NCBI GenBank assembly: GCA_951406725.2
Contig: OX597815.1
Coordinates: 20,150,001-20,214,000 of the forward strand
Direction: 5' to 3'
Length of the DNA stretch: 64,000 nt
DNA from: Octopus vulgaris
Lineage: Eukaryota
Below the pieces are notes generated by a model. The model made no database searches. It saw only the letters and a list, made by a program, of their open reading frames with translations, and had not been told where the DNA came from. Shown here piece by piece: positions 13,837 to 26,689 of this stretch. Numbering within the stretch: position 1 is the first letter of the stretch; every line of letters starts with the position of its first letter. Both the position numbers and the translations under genes were made by a program.

Positions 13837-14542
13837 GTGTGTGTGTGTGTGTACATGTGAATGAGGGTATATGTCCGAGCATTGAATCTTAAAGGTCAAT
13901 TGCATGTGCAGCCAACCAAGAAGAATACATCAGCAGTGCAAAGAAATAAAATACCAATCTCTTTAAAACGGCAACCACTTTAACAGTACAAGAATCGCTA
14001 TCCCAATACATGTACACATTCAAAGCAGTTTGCAACAAAACACCCTGATTATCTCACTGACTTCTACTAAATTCAGGCCACGACAAACAGACTGGCTATT
14101 CTTGTAGCCGAAGATTTTAAACTTACGGAAACAATATTTACATACCACCATAGTATTTTATTAATTATCTTATAACAGCAATGTCTGGAAAAATCATGGA
14201 TTACATGGAAAAATGTGAGCATGAAAAGTAATATTCTTAAGATTATAAACCTGGAAAAGTACAGGACAGGTTATTACACCTGTAAAAGTATAGGACAAAC
14301 TATTACTTCAAGTAAAGTAAAGAATCAATTTTAGAGAAATTGTCGTAATATACCATTTTCGATAAGTAGCAGGTGAAAGCAACTGTGAAAGCTTGCTTTG
14401 AAAAACATTCTTCCTCTTGAATTTTCCTTACTAGCAGAATCTGATAGAGTAAATTCACATGACTATAGAATATCTAGTCCGCTATTAACAATAATATTCA
14501 TCCTTTGCACGCATGTATGCCGAGCTCTATACACACACACAC

Positions 14543-14544
<2 letters not shown>

Positions 14545-14573
<29 letters not shown>

Positions 14574-14650
14574 TGTATGTATGTATGTATGTATGTATGT
14601 ATGTATGTATGTATGTATGTATGTATGTATGTATGTATGTATGTATGTAT
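14545..14650. repeat. (ATGT)n microsatellite
   Basis: Seen directly. Confidence 0.95.
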
Positions 14651-17600
14651 GTGTGCGTGCATGCATGCGTGTGTGTGTCTTTAATATATGGCAGTTGTTT
14701 TTGGTTCATATTGAAAGCTTCTTCAAAAGGCTTAATTCTTTCATAAATATACAAGAACATTGAACGTAGTTTGACTTCGATGTCCTAATTACTCTTTTAT
14801 TAAAGTTTATTATTTAAAACATATCAGTTTAAAATAAACATTGGTTGAAGACACTAGTATAAACAATTGCGGTTTTTTTTTCCTATTAATCTGTTTCATG
14901 ATCAAATTTACATTTGGTCGAGACAACATATGAACTGGAAACACCAAATAACGAAGTCATTCGTCTTTAGGTCGAACCTAAAGTATATAACTTCAAGCAA
15001 AAAAATTTCATGAAGAGAAAGTAACAAACCAACATTGGTAAACAAAAAGATATTAAATCTTAGTTTAATTGCTATTTTAAGTTTTGTTGGGTAGTTTATA
15101 TTTTCATTTATTATTTTATTTTCATGCAGTTTTCTCTTCTCTTTTCTTTTCTTCTCTTTTCTTTTCTTCTCTTTTCTTTTCTGTTTCTGCTATCGGCTTA
15201 TTTTCCTTTTCAGTCATTTGATTCTTCACCGATCATTCTATTCTACTAATCTTATTGCTGAGAATTAATCTTTTCAATTCCATCTGATAATAAGGCATCA
15301 AATATCTTTTGCTTCAAAACAAATTCAACGAATATTCTTTACATTTTGTACTTCAGCCAATTCTTACTTTTATGACAAATGTAAAGTTATTTCATGTCAT
15401 TATTTCTTACTTTTATTTTCCTTCAGTTTGGAGTAATTTTCATATAATACATCCTTATATTTTTCTAACAGGTATATCTTTTCGTGTTAATGAAAAGAGA
15501 AAACTGTTACAGTAACTTCTTTTGTGTTGCACTGAAATTTTTTAAAATCATATTTATATTTAAATATGTTTTATCCTTGATCATTTATCAACAAACTAAA
15601 CAAATTCGCTGATTTTAACACAAAAAGCTTTCTTGGGAAATAACAAAATTGCTGTTGTTATTGTTTAGCCCTAATCATTCATGCTCGAATAAACTTGTGA
15701 TTAAGACATTCCAATCATGACCATTGCATATATTATTTTGACACAGTATTGCTAGGACAACTTTATCCAAAGTGTCCTTCCAACTCTTCAAGATGGTGAA
15801 GTATGATATGAAGAAGATTTGGTTGTTACTTCTAAGAGGTCGAGTGATCTCATTGGTTCGAAATATAGAATTAATGCGGCATGGCATAGAAAATTTTGTT
15901 GAATGGGTGCTCTCCCAACTTTCAGATAAAGACTGCCATCAAACTATTATACTGATATTCAATGTTTTAAAAATCCATAATACAATATAATATTAATTAG
16001 ATTTGATAGGATTATGATCAGTTATTACATAAATAAAATGGAAAAAATACAAAAACGCTTTGACATAAATTTTAATAATCATTTTGATAAAAAATAAACT
16101 TTAAGTGAAAATACATGATCAAAGGTGATTGATGATAGTCAATTATAACCAACTTAAAAGAAAAAAAGCTATGTTCAACTGTGTTAACACGATATCTCAA
16201 TCATAGGCATTTTTCATTACATACAATCATAGCTTTCCTGGAAGTAGCCTATTGAAAACTTTATTGCCAAGTCCTGCTTCAATAATATAACACTTTCAGC
16301 CATCCAATTTACTCGTAGGAGGCAGAACAATTGAAGCAGGAATGTTTTTTATGCTGTTTACGTTGTTTGATTAAGAACAACATTCATTACATTTATTCTA
16401 GAGATGGAAAGTTCTCAGTTTGAGACTTTTCAAATCTTTTCAAAATATGTTACACATTGCAACTGACAACCATAAAATCGTAAAATAATAAATTAAATCG
16501 ATACTGTCACAACTTGTATATTTTATACTGTTTTTTATAAAATTTTAAAGAATTAGTCACGTCTTCTACCTTGATATAATTTTAAAAAATGTTTTTTCTA
16601 ATTTTAGATTTCTAAATATAAAACTAATGAAATATATTTAATTTGAATGTCAGTTTACATGACTCTTTTGGTCAATCGGAATTTGATTTTTCTACATTAG
16701 TAATAAAAATGAGAAAAGGAAACAAAGAACAATATTAGAATTATCTGGTATATTTTTTCTAATTTGCATAAATTTCCGTTCTGAAACATAACGTCGATTG
16801 ATTGCAAGAACTTTATGTCAGGGTTCATCGTTTTGGAAAGAAGCTACAAAGGTCTACCGTCCATAGACTATTGTTGAAACCTCTGGTTGCTTATGTTCGA
16901 ATACTGTAACCAGATTCAATGGTTCGAGAAGAAATTATGTATATACTATGTAAAGGTGTGATCCATTTGTAATTGAATACAGTGGCTGGTTCCTTTAAAT
17001 ATAATACTGTATATAGACACAAGCGTGTATATATATATATATGTGTGTTTGTGTGTGTGTGTAATATATACATGTATGTATATATACATGCATACATACA
17101 CACATATATATGTATATATACATGTATATATAACATATATATATATGTATACATGTATATATAACGTATATATATATATACTTGTATGCATATATATATA
17201 TGTATATACTTGTATGCATGTATGTATGTACTCATAAATACACATATATATTGCTCAACAAAAAGTCATGTAAACAATAATCATATGTAAAAATAATCAA
17301 TATACTTCATTTCTTGGTTGCCATAGCTATACATTTTGCAGACATCGATATGTTTGTACTTATAGAAATGGCCATTATAGAAGTAGACACGTACACGGCA
17401 TTCACCAGCGACTTATGGTAGTTGAACCATAAAATGAAAGAAATGCGATGACTATTAAAACAGAGATTTCATTCTATTGAACACAAACGTTACTTGGAGA
17501 AATGTAAGGAAAAGAAATTTTTGCTTTAGAAGCGCATGTGGATTGAGCTCATTTTCTGTCTTATCAAATAAATATATTTATATAAATGTACATTTCCTCA

Positions 17601-17876
17601 AACCTCAATTCCCGTATAAATAGTTAATTTACAAACGTTTCTTCATCAAAAATACCTATGGAAACGTGTATATACATTATTTATTCATATGAAGATTCGG
17701 AAAGTTTCCAGTTATCAAATTTAGTTAAATAGAAGAAAAAAAAAACCTTCATTCAAAATTCGAAAGAATCGTAGCCATTAGAACTGCACTTTTAAGTCGA
17801 TATATTCAAGTAGCAGAGTTACTTGGTTGCAATCAACTACTTAGACTTACCTTGGTATTGCAGAAACAGCTTCTAA

Positions 17877-19221
17877 GGCGGCGAGCTGGCAGAAACGTTA
17901 GCACGCCGGGCGAAATGCGTAGCCGTATTTCGTCTGCCGCTACGCTCTGAGTTCAAATTCCGCCGAGGTCGATTTTGCCTTTCATCCTTTCAGGGTCGAT
18001 AAATTAAGTACCAGTTACGCACTGGGGGCCGATATAATCGACTTAATCCGTTTGTCTGTCCTTGATTGTCCTCTCTGTGTTCAGCCCCCTTGTGGGTAGT
18101 AAAGAAATAGGTATTTCGTCTACCGCTACGCTCTGAGTTCAAATTCCGCCGAGGTCGATTTTGCCTTTCATCCTTTCAGGGTCGATAAATTAAGTACCAG
18201 TTACGCACTGGGGGCCGATATAATCGACTTAATCCGTTTGTCTGTCCTTGATTGTCCTCTCTGTGTTCAGCCCCCTTGTGGGTAGTAAAGAAATAGGTAT
18301 TTCATCTACCGCTACGTTCTGAGTTCAAATTCCGCCGAGGTCGACTTTGCCTTTCATCCTTTCAGGGTCGATAAATTAAGTACCAGTTACGCACTGGGGG
18401 CCGATATAATCGACTTAATCCGTTTGTCTGTCCTTGATTGTCCTCTCTGTGTTCAGCCCCCTTGTGGGTAGTAAAGAAATAGGTATTTCGTCTACCGCTA
18501 CGTTCTGAGTTCAAATTCCGCCGAGGTCGACTTTGCCTTTCATCCTTTCGGGGTCGAAAAATTAAGTACCAGTTACGCACTGGGGTCGATGGAATCGACT
18601 TAATCCGGTTGTTTGTTCTTATTTGTCCCCTCTATGTTTAGCCCCTTGTGGGTAGTAAAGAAATAGGTATTTCGTCTGCCGTTACGTTTTGAGTTCAAAT
18701 TTCGCCGAGATCGACTTTGCCTTTCATCCTTTCAGGGTCGATAAATTAAGTACCAGTTATGCACTTGGGTCGATATAATCGACTTAATCCGTTTGTCTGT
18801 CTTTGTTTATCCTTTCTGTGTTTAGCCCCTTGTGGGTAATGAAGAAATAGGTATTTCGTCTGCCGTTACGTTCTGAGTTCAAATTCCGCCGAGGTCGATT
18901 TTGCCTTTCATCCTTTCGAGGTCGATAAATTTTAAGTACCAGTTACGCACTGTGGTCGATATAATCGACTTAATCCGTTTGTCTGTCCTTGATTGTTCCC
19001 TCTATGTTTAGCCCCTTGTGGGTAGTAAAGAAATAGGCATTTCGTCTGCCGTTACGTTATGAGTTCAAATTCTGCCGAGGTCGACTTTGCCTTTCATCCT
19101 TTCGGGGTCGATAAATTAAGTACCAGTCACGCACTGGGGTCGATGTAATCGACTTAATCCGTTTGTCTGTCCTTGTTTGTCCTCTCTGTGTTTAGCCCCC
19201 TTGTGGGTCGTAAAGAAATAG
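17877..19221 (+). mobile_element. SINE family C heptamer: one 5' head plus 7 tandem 184-186-bp units
   Basis: Unit starts (GTATTTCG-like) at 17925, 18111, 18297, 18483, 18667, 18851 and 19037. Each unit has the B box GAGTTCAAATTCC. The whole array is flanked by GGTATTGCAG(A/T)AACAGCTTCT at 17854-17874 and 19221-19241. Confidence 0.9.
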
Positions 19222-19636
19222 GTATTGCAGTAACAGCTTCTTCGTATTGTAACTCAGTAACGGCACTTACAGCTCAGCTACAGATGAAGTGGGGTGTCTA
19301 TTACAAAATCATTTGAATAATAGTGATAGATGACGAAGGATTAGTTTATCGTTTTGCTGGGAGAAAGAGAAAAAGAGTTTTCTAATAGAGCAGGATATGA
19401 TCGGCGAGTTTGTTTTACTTGAGTTTTTTTTTTTTTTTTTTTTTTTTGAAGGTGTTTCTTTTATTTTGTTTTGATTTTTTCCAGAATAAGCAACACATAC
19501 TGTAGTGAACAATAGTTTACTGTTATTGTTATTTAGCTCCAGGCCGATACTGATCGAGCAAGCCTAAGGCACCCCGATCGTGATGATCGCGTCTTTTCAG
19601 ATGTGTGTAGGACTATATTATTTCAATGTACCCTTT

Positions 19637-20050
19637 GGATCTTTTCGGTTTGAACGGCAGTTTTTTCTAGCGGTGTCATATGAAATTACCACTCATAATT
19701 ATGACCCTAGTATCGATCTATTGCATTTCAATCTATTTTAGGGTTAGGGTTATTGGTGGGGGAAGGGTGTCTTTTTTCTTCAGAAATGTAAATGAACCTA
19801 ATCTGTTTCTTAAACGAGGGACATATTCATACGGCACAGAATGTTTTCACCTCAATAGACGGTCATTGATTGGTTGAAATTGGAGAAATTGAAGAAAAAA
19901 ACAACAAATATCTTACAAACCATAGAATTTTCTCAATAAAGCCAAGAGAAAAAGATGTTTTATAAACACATTCTACCAGTATACGAAGTTTAAAATTTTT
20001 TAGTTACCTAGAAATTATGCTAAAAACTGCCGTTCAAACCGAAAAGATCC
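19637..20050 (+). mobile_element. MITE with GGATCTTTTCGGTTTGAACGGCAGTTTTT TIRs
   Basis: About 29-bp TIRs, 8-bp TSD TACCCTTT (19629-19636 and 20051-20058), and internal (TTAGGG)2. Confidence 0.93.
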
Positions 20051-20344
20051 TACCCTTTCAATATTAAAAATGATGAAGTATGTTTTGGAGATTTGGTTGC
20101 TATTTCTGACAATGATTCCCCTAAAAGATTCCGTAATTATTTCGAACTATATAATATGAATATTGACAGCTGATGGAGTTCTGCTAACAAATCTAGAATA
20201 CTAATGGTTTTTGCCAACGCCTACATAACAATTTCAGATATTCTTGCATGGTAGAAATTTCATAGCTGCTCAAAGCCTACAGAAGAATTCTACACTAATT
20301 GATATAGCACTTTAAAAAACAGAAGGCTAAGTAAGAGTAAGGAC

Positions 20345-20610
20345 GCATGCAAGACGTTAACACACCGGGCGAAATGCGTAGCCGTATTTCGTCTGCCGTT
20401 ACGTTCTGAGTCCAAATTCCGCCGAGGTCGACTTTGCCTTTCATCCTTTCGGAGTCGATAAATTAAGTACCAGTTACGCACTGAGGTCGATATAATCAAC
20501 TTAATCCGTTTGTCTGTCCTTGTTTGTCCTTTCTGTGTTTATCACCTTGTGGGTAGTAAAGAAATAGGTATTTCGTCTGCCGTTACGTTCTGAGTTCAAA
20601 TTCTGCCGAG
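20345..20610 (+). mobile_element. SINE family C, about 1.3 units, truncated
   Basis: Head, one unit and the start of a second unit, followed by a 25-bp tandem duplication. Confidence 0.85.
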
Positions 20611-20756
20611 CGAACTGTGGTGTCCCAAACACGAGCGAACTGTGGTGTCCCAAAACATCACTTAAAAGACCACAGTAGGTAGTGCTGTTTTGTTAAGCCT
20701 GGACAAATAGTGGCCCAGACCTAAGTTACACACACATACACACACACACACTCATA

Positions 20757-20976
20757 TCTTTTACTTGTTGCAGTTATTAAGCTGCGGCCATGCTGGGTGC
20801 CGCCATGAAGATTTTTAATCGAACGAATCGACGCCATTACTTATTTTTCTAAGTCTGGTACTTATTCTATCAGTTCTTTCAACGAATCGCTAAGTTATGA
20901 GGAATTAAACACACCAGTACCAGTTGTCAACGGTGGGAGGGGCAAAGAGACACAAACAAATGCACACACAAGCGCT

Positions 20977-21014
<38 letters not shown>

Positions 21015-21145
21015 TTCGTCTACTAAATCCACTCGCAAGTCTTTGGTCGGGCCTGAGGTTATAGTAAAAGACATTTTCCGAAGGTGCCACGCAGTGGGAG
21101 CGAACAGAGAACCATACTGTTTGGAAAACAAGCTTCTTACCACAC
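20757..21145 (-). mobile_element. SINE family B, diverged
   Basis: Collinear but diverged match to 2581-2997. Confidence 0.75.
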
Positions 21146-21255
21146 ACACACACACACACATACACACACACACATAGACAGACAGAAAGACAGACAGACA
21201 GGCACGTAGGCAGGCAGGCAGGCAGACAGACAGACAGACAGACAGACAGATACAC

Positions 21256-21306
<51 letters not shown>

Positions 21307-22358
21307 GTATCTATGTAGTTATATGTGCACACACGCATATATGTGTGCATTTATATACTAGCGTGGGGTGAAAATGATAAGTTCAAACGAGAATACTCTC
21401 CTGTATTCTATATAAATATATATATATATATATATATCACAGCTTCCATATTTACCTACTTTGATATAATCGAAGGACGCAAACATGGTGTTATGGGTAA
21501 GTTCGCTTTGCAACCACGAGGTGCCGGGTTCCATCCTACTGCACTACAACATAGACAAACCTCAGATTACCCCAAGCCTTGTGAATTTTGGTAGACAGAA
21601 ACTGTTAGACTGGCTGTAATTATACTTCAAAGATCAAGCCTTATTACTCTGTCAGCTGCTTCTACATTGGAAATGCGTTAAATGTACAGGTATGTCGAAT
21701 TCACTGCTGCGTCGTACCTCCAGCTAATTAAAAATTTGAACTCTCATACATCTAAATCGCCGGAAGAGTCGATAGATTTAAGCTTAAATTTATCGACTCT
21801 TCCGGCGATTTAGTCTAGGGGTCGATTTGTTCAAAAAAAAAAAAAAAAAACGTTCGAGGACCTGCTGCAGCATGGCCGCAGTGTCAAATGACTGAAATAA
21901 GTAACATAATTATATGTTTTTACTTGTATAATTTTGATTTTCGTGTGGAGCCGCTTTGTTACTAATGTCTTGAAGAAAAGGTATAATCGCCACATTATAT
22001 CTGAAGCTCCATTCTTAAAGAAACAACTGTTTAGAAACAAATATGTCGTTACTTGGGTGGAGGCGCAATGGCCCAGTGTTTCTCATGTCGTTACTTAAGC
22101 ACTCTTAACATGTGAAAAACAAAAACTACTAAATGTAACCAGTTCAGTTTATTACTTACTACTTTCGGGAACACCATACTATAAGAAACGCAAAACTTTT
22201 TTGTTAAAGTTACTTGCATATCAGCTGTAAGAAGCGACTCATGAATACTTTAGAGTTTGGTCGGGAATTCCTCATCCGCGGGTGAAATTATTTTCACGTT
22301 GGGATTTGAAACCAAGTGAAAAATGTAATTTAGCTTAAACATCATTTAATATACATCA

Positions 22359-22743
22359 CTAGCAGTATCGCCCGGCGTTGCTCGGGTTTGTAAGGGAAAT
22401 AACTATATAAGCATTTTTAGAGAGTTACAGCAAAAAAATGCATTAAAATGGAAAAAAAAAATTATGGTAAATTTTTTTTTAAATCTTTGACTCATCGTAG
22501 ACATTTTTAGAGAGTTACTTCCCTTATATAATAGCGAAAAAATGCATTAAAATGGGAAAAAATGATGGTAATTTTTTTTAAATCGTAGACTCATCGTAGA
22601 CGCGCGCTAATACCCAGAAGAGCTTGATAGAATCACGACTATAAGATACCCGGTTTTGGTTAAACTGCACCGCAAAATGTGGGAGTAGTTAGGAATCTAA
22701 ATCGTAGGAGACAGACACACAACTTCACTTTTATATATAAAGA
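22359..22743 (-). mobile_element. Short non-autonomous Helitron
   Basis: 5' A|TCTTTATATATAAAA. 3' hairpin CCCGAGCAACGCCGGG, then CTAG|T. Internal ~100-bp tandem duplication. Confidence 0.8.
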
Positions 22744-23029
22744 TATTCCTATGAATTTGTAAATTTAAGGATTATAACTCAGCACAAATTAAATAACAAC
22801 GACTTTAAAGAAATTGGTCGTTATTCTTCCATCGGGACAATGACGCTTGTTAGGTGTCGATATCTTGTCAAATTTTATTATTTCGACTCGAATTCGGAGG
22901 TTTGAAAGTCGATCCTGCAAAACGATTTGAACTCAATGTTAAGAGACGTAGCTAATAGTGCAACGTATGTTCTATTACTCGACAAGTAAATCAATCGTTC
23001 CTGATTATTTTAATGATTTGTTACTACAT

Positions 23030-23412
23030 GGATGGAAGCACTCCGTCGGTTACGACGACGAGGGTTCCGGTTGATCCGATCAACGGAACAGCCTGCTCGT
23101 CAAATTAACGTGTAACTGGCTGAGCACTCCACAGACACGTGTACCCTTACCGTAGTTCTCGGGGATATTCAGCGTGACACAGAGAGTGACAAGGCCAGCC
23201 CTTTGAAATACGGGTACAACAGAAACAGGAAGTAAGAGTGAGAGAAAGTTGTGGTGAAAGAGTACAGCAGGGATCACCACCATCCCCTGCCGGAGCCTCG
23301 TGGAGCTTTAGGTGTTTTCGCTCAATAAACACAACGCCCGGTCTGGGAATCGAAACCGCGATCCTACGACCGCGAGTCCGCTGCCCTAACTACTGGGCCA
23401 TTGCGCCTCCAC
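23030..23412 (-). mobile_element. tRNA-derived SINE, family A, full length
   Basis: Reverse complement of 295-679. TSD TTGTTACTA(C/T)AT at 23018-23029 and 23413-23424. Confidence 0.92.
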
Positions 23413-23533
23413 TTGTTACTATATAGAACTTCGAGAAATCAAAAATAATATTTATTGAAGACTATTTCCCCAAAGATTATTAGTTAACCTTTTAAAAATG
23501 TTCTTACACATGAAAGTTTGATTTTATATAGCA

Positions 23534-23905
23534 CTAGCAGCATCGCCCGGCGTTGCTCGGGTTTGTTTCGACCCTTTAGAATTGGAAAAGTAAAAATTTT
23601 GCATTATGTAGCTTGTTATTCTCTTTAAGTGAACATTTTTCTGGTTGAAATACACCGAAAATTGGCGACACAGCAGTCAAAAAATCGTAAAAAGTAGGGG
23701 TTTTCATTAAAAAAAAAAATAGCACCTTTTTAGTGTTAACATGATCCGATTTGAAATTTTTTCTTCTACGGAAGGAAGAGCAAACCTATCATACTCTCAA
23801 TTTTGGACAACTTGCGCCTCAGGGTCTCGGAGGAGATAGTGTTAGTTGAAGGCTACCAAACCTTACATACACAGACAATTTCAACTTATATATATATATA
23901 TAAGA
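23534..23905 (-). mobile_element. Short non-autonomous Helitron with the same 3' end but a different body
   Basis: 5' A|TCTTATATATA. Near-identical 3' hairpin and CTAG|T to the 22359 copy. Confidence 0.8.
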
Positions 23906-24125
23906 TTTAAAACTTAACATTAATCAAAATTAATAAAAAATAAGGGAAAAAATTTTAATTCAAATTTCCATTGAAGACCTAAAATTAGTATCAAAGCTTG
24001 AGAATTGAAATACCGTTTAGATTATTCTACAAACATATCAATGAATTTTACAGTAAATTTTTAGTGTTCTTTGGTCACTAAGCCAAGTGATTTTCCCCTT
24101 AATGTGGTTGAATTGAAGTGGGATG

Positions 24126-24526
24126 GGATCTTTTCGGTTTGAACGGCAGTTTTTTCTAGCGGTGTCATATGAAATTGTCACCCATAATTATGACCGTAGT
24201 ATCGATTTATAGCATTTCAATCTGTTTTAGGGTTAGGGGAAGGGTATCTTTTTTCTTCACAAATGTAAATAAACCCAATCTGTTTCTTAAACGAGGGACA
24301 TATTCATACGGCACAGAAAGTTTTTTGCCTCAATAGACGTCAGTGATTGGTTGAAATTTCAGAAATTGAAGAAAAAAACTGACAAATATCTTACAAACTA
24401 TAGAATTTTCTCAATAAAGCCAAGAGAAAAAGATGTTTTATAAACATTCTACCAGTATACAAAGCTTAAAATTTTTTAGTTACCTACAAATTATGTTAAA
24501 AACTGCCGTTCAAACCGAAAAGATCC
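24126..24526 (+). mobile_element. MITE, same family
   Basis: TIRs and 8-bp TSD GTGGGATG. Confidence 0.93.
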
Positions 24527-25110
24527 GTGGGATGTTCATAACGAGATCCTTTTATTATTCGCAGTATCCGATATTTTCCCCACTCTAAATGTTGTTCGTG
24601 CTACATTATTAATATCTCAAAAATTATGGTTCTCGTACATAAATGCGCAACTATAATGGTGTAGAAAATTTGGACAAAAATCGAACTGTGAGGGAAAAAT
24701 AAAAGGAAAAGATCCTCATGAAAGATTGCGGTCTTGCGAAGTATGTAAACCAATATTTTTTACTCGCCACCTTCAGTTATAGTCTTGAAATATCATTAAA
24801 CAATTTCACTAGTAACGATAGTCACAAACTGGATAATCTAATGAACGCCCATACTGCACTGGTGCTAGTAAAAGTTAATGACTCAGCAAAACTAATATCG
24901 CCTCAATGATTACAGGCTGGGATTAACCAAAATTATTTCGCTTATTTTTATTTTTTCATATTCCTTAGCCATAGAAAGCTTCATGTATTCAGCAAGATTT
25001 CCCAGTAAGTATGAGAAATTCTTGCACCAGTAATAATTAAGAGACTATCTCAAAATTCATATATATTGAAGTAAAAACTTATGGAAGTATTCCAAGTACA
25101 GTCCAGTTGT

Positions 25111-25508
25111 GAATCTTTTCGGTTTGACCGGCAGTTTTTTCTAGCGGTGTCATAAGAAATTGTCACCCATAATTATGACCCTTGTCTCGATCTATTGCAT
25201 TTCAATCTGTTTTAGGGTTAGGGTATCTTTTTTTCTTCAGAAATATAAATAAACCCAATCTGTTTTATTTAACGAAGGACATATTCATACGGCACAGAAT
25301 GTTTTTACCTCAATAGACGTCATTGATTGGTTGAAATTGCAAAAATTGAAGAAAAAATAACAAATATCTTACAAACTATAGAATTTTCTTAATAAAGCCA
25401 AGAGAAAAAGATGCTTTATAAACACATTCTACCAGTATACGAAGTTTAAAAGTGTTTAGTTACGTGGAAATTATTTTTTAAAAACTGCCGGTCAAACCGA
25501 AAATATCC
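25111..25508 (+). mobile_element. MITE, same family
   Basis: 8-bp TSD CCAGTTGT. Both TIRs carry the same variant (TTTGACCGGCAG / CTGCCGGTCAAA). Confidence 0.92.
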
Positions 25509-25999
25509 CCAGTTGTAACAAATGAAGGCTAGTTCTCTAAGTTAGTTTTATGTGCAGCAGAACAAAAATATAATTCTGATGAAGCTAAAGTATCAACGAC
25601 TCCGAATCCTAAAAGGGAGCCATTCAATAGATTTATGTTAATACAATAAAACATTATTTTATAGTTCTTCGAAGTGTTTCACGATTGTCTAGCACTTACT
25701 GCTCATTTTTTGTTATCGGTTATATTCATCCAGGACAAGTGATACGATTCTCTAACAAACTAATAGCAAATTTAACTTTCTAAACTTGTACGTTATTGAA
25801 AGTCTTTATGTAGCAAATTAGCAGCTTCGATCTACTCGTGGCACTAAATTTATATTTATACAATTTGGTTTATCTATGAATGTTTTCGTAATTTTCTTTG
25901 CGTGCGTGTATAAAAAAAAACACTCGTAAATTGGAAGTCATTTAAAATAAAGGTACTTGGTCATATACAGGGCTCGGCCTAAAACGTCTAAGTGCATAC

Positions 26000-26355
26000 C
26001 ATGGATGTGGGGTTCAGAAGCTCGCTTTGAGACCACGCCGTTTCGGTTTCAGTTCCACAGCGCGGCACTTAGGGCAAATCTACTATATTCCCAAACTGAC
26101 CAAATCCTTTAGAGTGGATTTGGTTTTGTAGGCGGAAACTGAAAGAAGCCCGCTGTATATACAGGTCCTACAACCACCGCTTGACCGTATTGTTTTGTTT
26201 TTTTTTTTACGCCCCTGTAACTTAGCAGTTCGGCAAAAAGAGAAAGACCAGACTTTAAAAGAAAAAATAGTAATGGGGTTCATTTAGTCGACTAAACCCT
26301 TCAAGGCGGTGCTCCCAGTACACCGCAATCTAGTGACTGAAGCAAGATAAAAGGT
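26000..26355 (+). mobile_element. SINE family B, diverged
   Basis: GGAAACTGAAAGAAGCCCG, TTAGCAGTTCGGCAAAAG and GGCGGTGCTCCCAG blocks are shared with family B. Confidence 0.7.
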
Positions 26356-26689
26356 ACTTGCAGTTAGAGGAGTTATTTGGCGTTTCAAAATACCGAGTTT
26401 ATTAAATAGAGCTTGGTAAAATATATTAAAAAAGAACAGGTAACAATTATTAAATAAAAACAGGTACAATTATAGACGTGTATAATCAACAACTCTTAAT
26501 TGAGAACACCAGAATTACGAAAGTAGAAAAAGAATATGTAAAAAAGATTTGATCAAATTTTAAATATTCGTTTGAAAAAAATATATAACATTATGTACTT
26601 TCAGAAGATTTTGGTGAAATGTTTTTAACAAATACAATTTATCCAATTTGTTTACTTATGGACTGAACAGCGCATGTAAAGTTTCTGAA

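Noticed and set aside
17877-19221. CRISPR array
   Set aside because: The units are contiguous ~185-bp SINE bodies with no unique spacers. The context is eukaryotic and there are no cas genes.
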